Part shown: in pieces, positions 32,832-34,065 of the stretch | Position numbering within the stretch: position 1 is the first letter of the stretch | How the letters are laid out: each line of letters starts with the position of its first letter | NCBI GenBank assembly: GCA_023261465.1 | Contig: JAHFOW010000001.1 | Coordinates: 1 to 34,065, forward strand | Direction: 5' to 3' | From: Planctomycetota bacterium | GTDB lineage: Bacteria; Planctomycetota; Brocadiia; Brocadiales; Brocadiaceae | DNA: 34,065 bases | Program-made: the position numbers and the translations under genes | The notes under the pieces: model-generated | Seen by the model: the letters and a program-made list of their open reading frames with translations, nothing else | Database searches by the model: none | What the model was told of the DNA's origin: nothing

Positions 32832-33002
32832 CTAATAGGGTTTCTTATTGCCGTAATTCTCTTTACTTTGAGCTGGCAGGTTACGCAAAGCACCCTGTTC
32901 TGCGAAAGTGCGTATCTGTTGCTTTTGCTCACGGTCCAGATACACATTGTTGCGAGTAGATAAGTATCCATCTGGTTTGTCTGATACGTATTTAGCACCC
33001 AT
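32832..33002 (-). CDS. Unlisted small ORF (56 aa)
   Basis: My own translation gives MGAKYVSDKPDGYLSTRNNVYLDREQKQQIRTFAEQGALRNLPAQSKENYGNKKPY. An AAAGGAGAAAAATA Shine-Dalgarno context is present. It is more protein-like than track ORF 32813..32998, which is in another frame. Confidence 0.45.
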   Translation of the reverse strand: MGAKYVSDKPDGYLSTRNNVYLDREQKQQIRTFAEQGALRNLPAQSKENYGNKKPY

Positions 33003-33101
33003 TATTTTTCTCCTTTTAGCCTAGGTATTTTCATTTTCTTTTTTACCGGCTCATGCAAATGTTTCTCATGCTTGCCGTAAATATCTTTCTCAGCTGTTTT
33101 G

Positions 33102-33539
33102 CTAGGGCTCTTGTGAGTCACTCTTTGACCCCTCCGTTTCAAGCATTTCCAGGCGTTTGTTAAGCTCATTAAGTTGTGCATTGGGACCAAAATGTTTATG
33201 CCATCGACGCTCTAAAATCCACGCATCGGCCTGCCAGCGCTCGGGTTTTGCAGCTATCATATCGCTGTGTTCACGTATGCGTTGCATCTCTGCTCTTTTT
33301 ATATCCTGTAGAAAAAATGAATAGTCCGAATCAATTCCGGCTTCCTGATGCTCTCTTCCAAGCTCAAGCCAAAGGTATAAAGTTTTCTCGGCAATGCCGT
33401 TTGCAAGGGCTGCATACTCGTAGGGAATGCGATGGGAAATGGCGTCGACTATCGCAGAGCGTCTTTCAGGGGTGAATTTTGAAGGCCTGCCACTTCCTTC
33501 TGTGACGTATTCAGGCTTTGGCTTTGGTTTTCCAGTCAT
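33102..33539 (-). CDS. terS: Terminase small subunit (HTH type, 145 aa)
   Basis: GRPSKFTPERRSAIVDAISHRIPYEYAALANGIAEKTLYLWLE is the typical N-terminal HTH of small terminases. Confidence 0.65.
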   Translation of the reverse strand: MTGKPKPKPEYVTEGSGRPSKFTPERRSAIVDAISHRIPYEYAALANGIAEKTLYLWLELGREHQEAGIDSDYSFFLQDIKRAEMQRIREHSDMIAAKPERWQADAWILERRWHKHFGPNAQLNELNKRLEMLETEGSKSDSQEP

Positions 33540-33603
33540 CTCACTAATCCTTTAGTGGTTTATTTAATACAAAATAAATTTGTTGGTTTGACAGGGTTAT
33601 ATT

Positions 33604-33828
33604 TTAATTCTTTTTTTTACGTAGTACGAGCATTATTATAAATAATACAACGGTTTCAAAACCATCCGCGGTAATGAGGAGTTGTTGCATCTCAAATTTA
33701 TCCAGAAAACCATCTTTTGCGAAGTAAACAAGATTGACTATAAAGCTAATAAAGCAAAGCCATGCTGGAAATCCAACGGCAGCGTGAGGGTTCTCTCTTG
33801 CATAACGTTTTAACTTTCTCATCACCAT
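33604..33828 (-). CDS. Putative holin (74 aa, two hydrophobic segments and a basic tail)
   Basis: It lies immediately downstream of the endolysin. The hydrophobic segments are AAVGFPAWLCFISFIVNLVYF and TVVLFIIMLVL, and the C-terminal tail is RKKKN. Confidence 0.55.
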   Translation of the reverse strand: MVMRKLKRYARENPHAAVGFPAWLCFISFIVNLVYFAKDGFLDKFEMQQLLITADGFETVVLFIIMLVLRKKKN

Positions 33829-33833
33829 CTCCT

Positions 33834-34065
33834 CTAAGGAACCAGTTCAAAGTGGACTAAATCATTCAGCATGCCAGGTTTATTGAGCCTTCCAAGACCA
33901 TCCCATGCCCCACCCCATCGAACGTCGTGTTGAATGAATCCATGGGCTTTCATGACACAAGAGCTACCCAGCACAAAACCTGCGAACACTCGCAATTGCT
34001 TTTCGTTACTAAAATCAAGTGGAAATGGGGCAGCATCAACCGCCATGGAAGGATAGGTATTGTGT
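33834..34065 (-). CDS. Endolysin (M15 peptidase), 3' part. It is the same gene as 1..302 read across the junction.
   Basis: The frame of track ORF 33834..34046 continues upstream to the window end. Bases 33946-34065 duplicate bases 1-120. Confidence 0.8.
   Translation of the reverse strand, partial: HNTYPSMAVDAAPFPLDFSNEKQLRVFAGFVLGSSCVMKAHGFIQHDVRWGGAWDGLGRLNKPGMLNDLVHFELVP
33946..34065. repeat. Second copy of the 120-bp terminal repeat
   Basis: Identical to bases 1-120. Confidence 0.95.

Noticed and set aside
32813-32998. Track ORF of 61 aa (MLNTYQTNQMDTY...)
   Set aside because: A different frame on the same strand (32832..33002) has a strong Shine-Dalgarno, TAATG coupling and a more protein-like sequence. 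The two cannot both be coding.
33002-33190. Track ORF of 62 aa overlapping the 3' end of terS
   Set aside because: All of its early Met codons lie inside terS in another frame, and only 11 codons follow its last Met. The segment 33005-33101 is better explained as the intergenic leader carrying the Shine-Dalgarno for 32832..33002.
1-34065. CRISPR arrays, tandem repeat arrays, tRNA genes or transposase-bounded insertion sequences
   Set aside because: I saw no regularly spaced direct repeats, canonical cloverleafs or transposase ORFs in any intergenic gap on visual inspection. This is not an exhaustive computational search.

Overview
The window is one complete tailed-phage genome of about 33,945 bp, either circularly closed or circularly permuted. 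Bases 1-120 repeat exactly at 33946-34065, and joining the ends reconstitutes a 137-aa phage-T5-type M15 endolysin gene. All family calls rest on motif recognition by eye; no database search was run.

There are three transcription blocks:
- A leftward replication operon (3967 to 1028) encodes an O-like initiator, a lambda-P-like loader and a VRR-NUC nuclease. It ends at an intrinsic terminator at 935-975.
- A rightward early block (4140 to 12612) encodes an RHH regulator, a Sak4-like ATPase, a DUF669 protein with an SSB-like tail, a DUF2829/Tad2-like protein, many tiny Cys-rich ORFs coupled by ATGA overlaps, and DUF551 paralogs. It ends in an AT-rich accessory module holding a small serine recombinase, a DUF1640-like membrane protein and a WGR-domain protein.
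- A roughly 21-kb leftward late operon starts at the XRE regulator (535), crosses the junction and ends at 12592. Its order is endolysin, holin, TerS, five small ORFs, TerL, five small ORFs, portal, scaffold, P22-like coat, adaptor and tail-hub proteins, three ejection-like proteins and a multi-gene fibre module.

I found no integrase of tyrosine or large-serine type, and no reverse transcriptase, tRNA or CRISPR array.

The most unusual locus is a GC-rich, ORF-free element at 10850-11018. It is closed by a perfect 11-bp inverted repeat, fed by a near-consensus promoter, and lies just upstream of the serine recombinase operon. It could be a novel structured RNA or an invertible switch.

Other points worth a second look:
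- a symmetric two-operator divergent switch at 564-633
- two DUF2829 (Tad2-like) genes
- an NrdR-type zinc-ribbon mini-protein translationally coupled to TerL
- a three-member paralog family of CxH...CxxC proteins
- small-ORF islands that split the TerS/TerL/portal module
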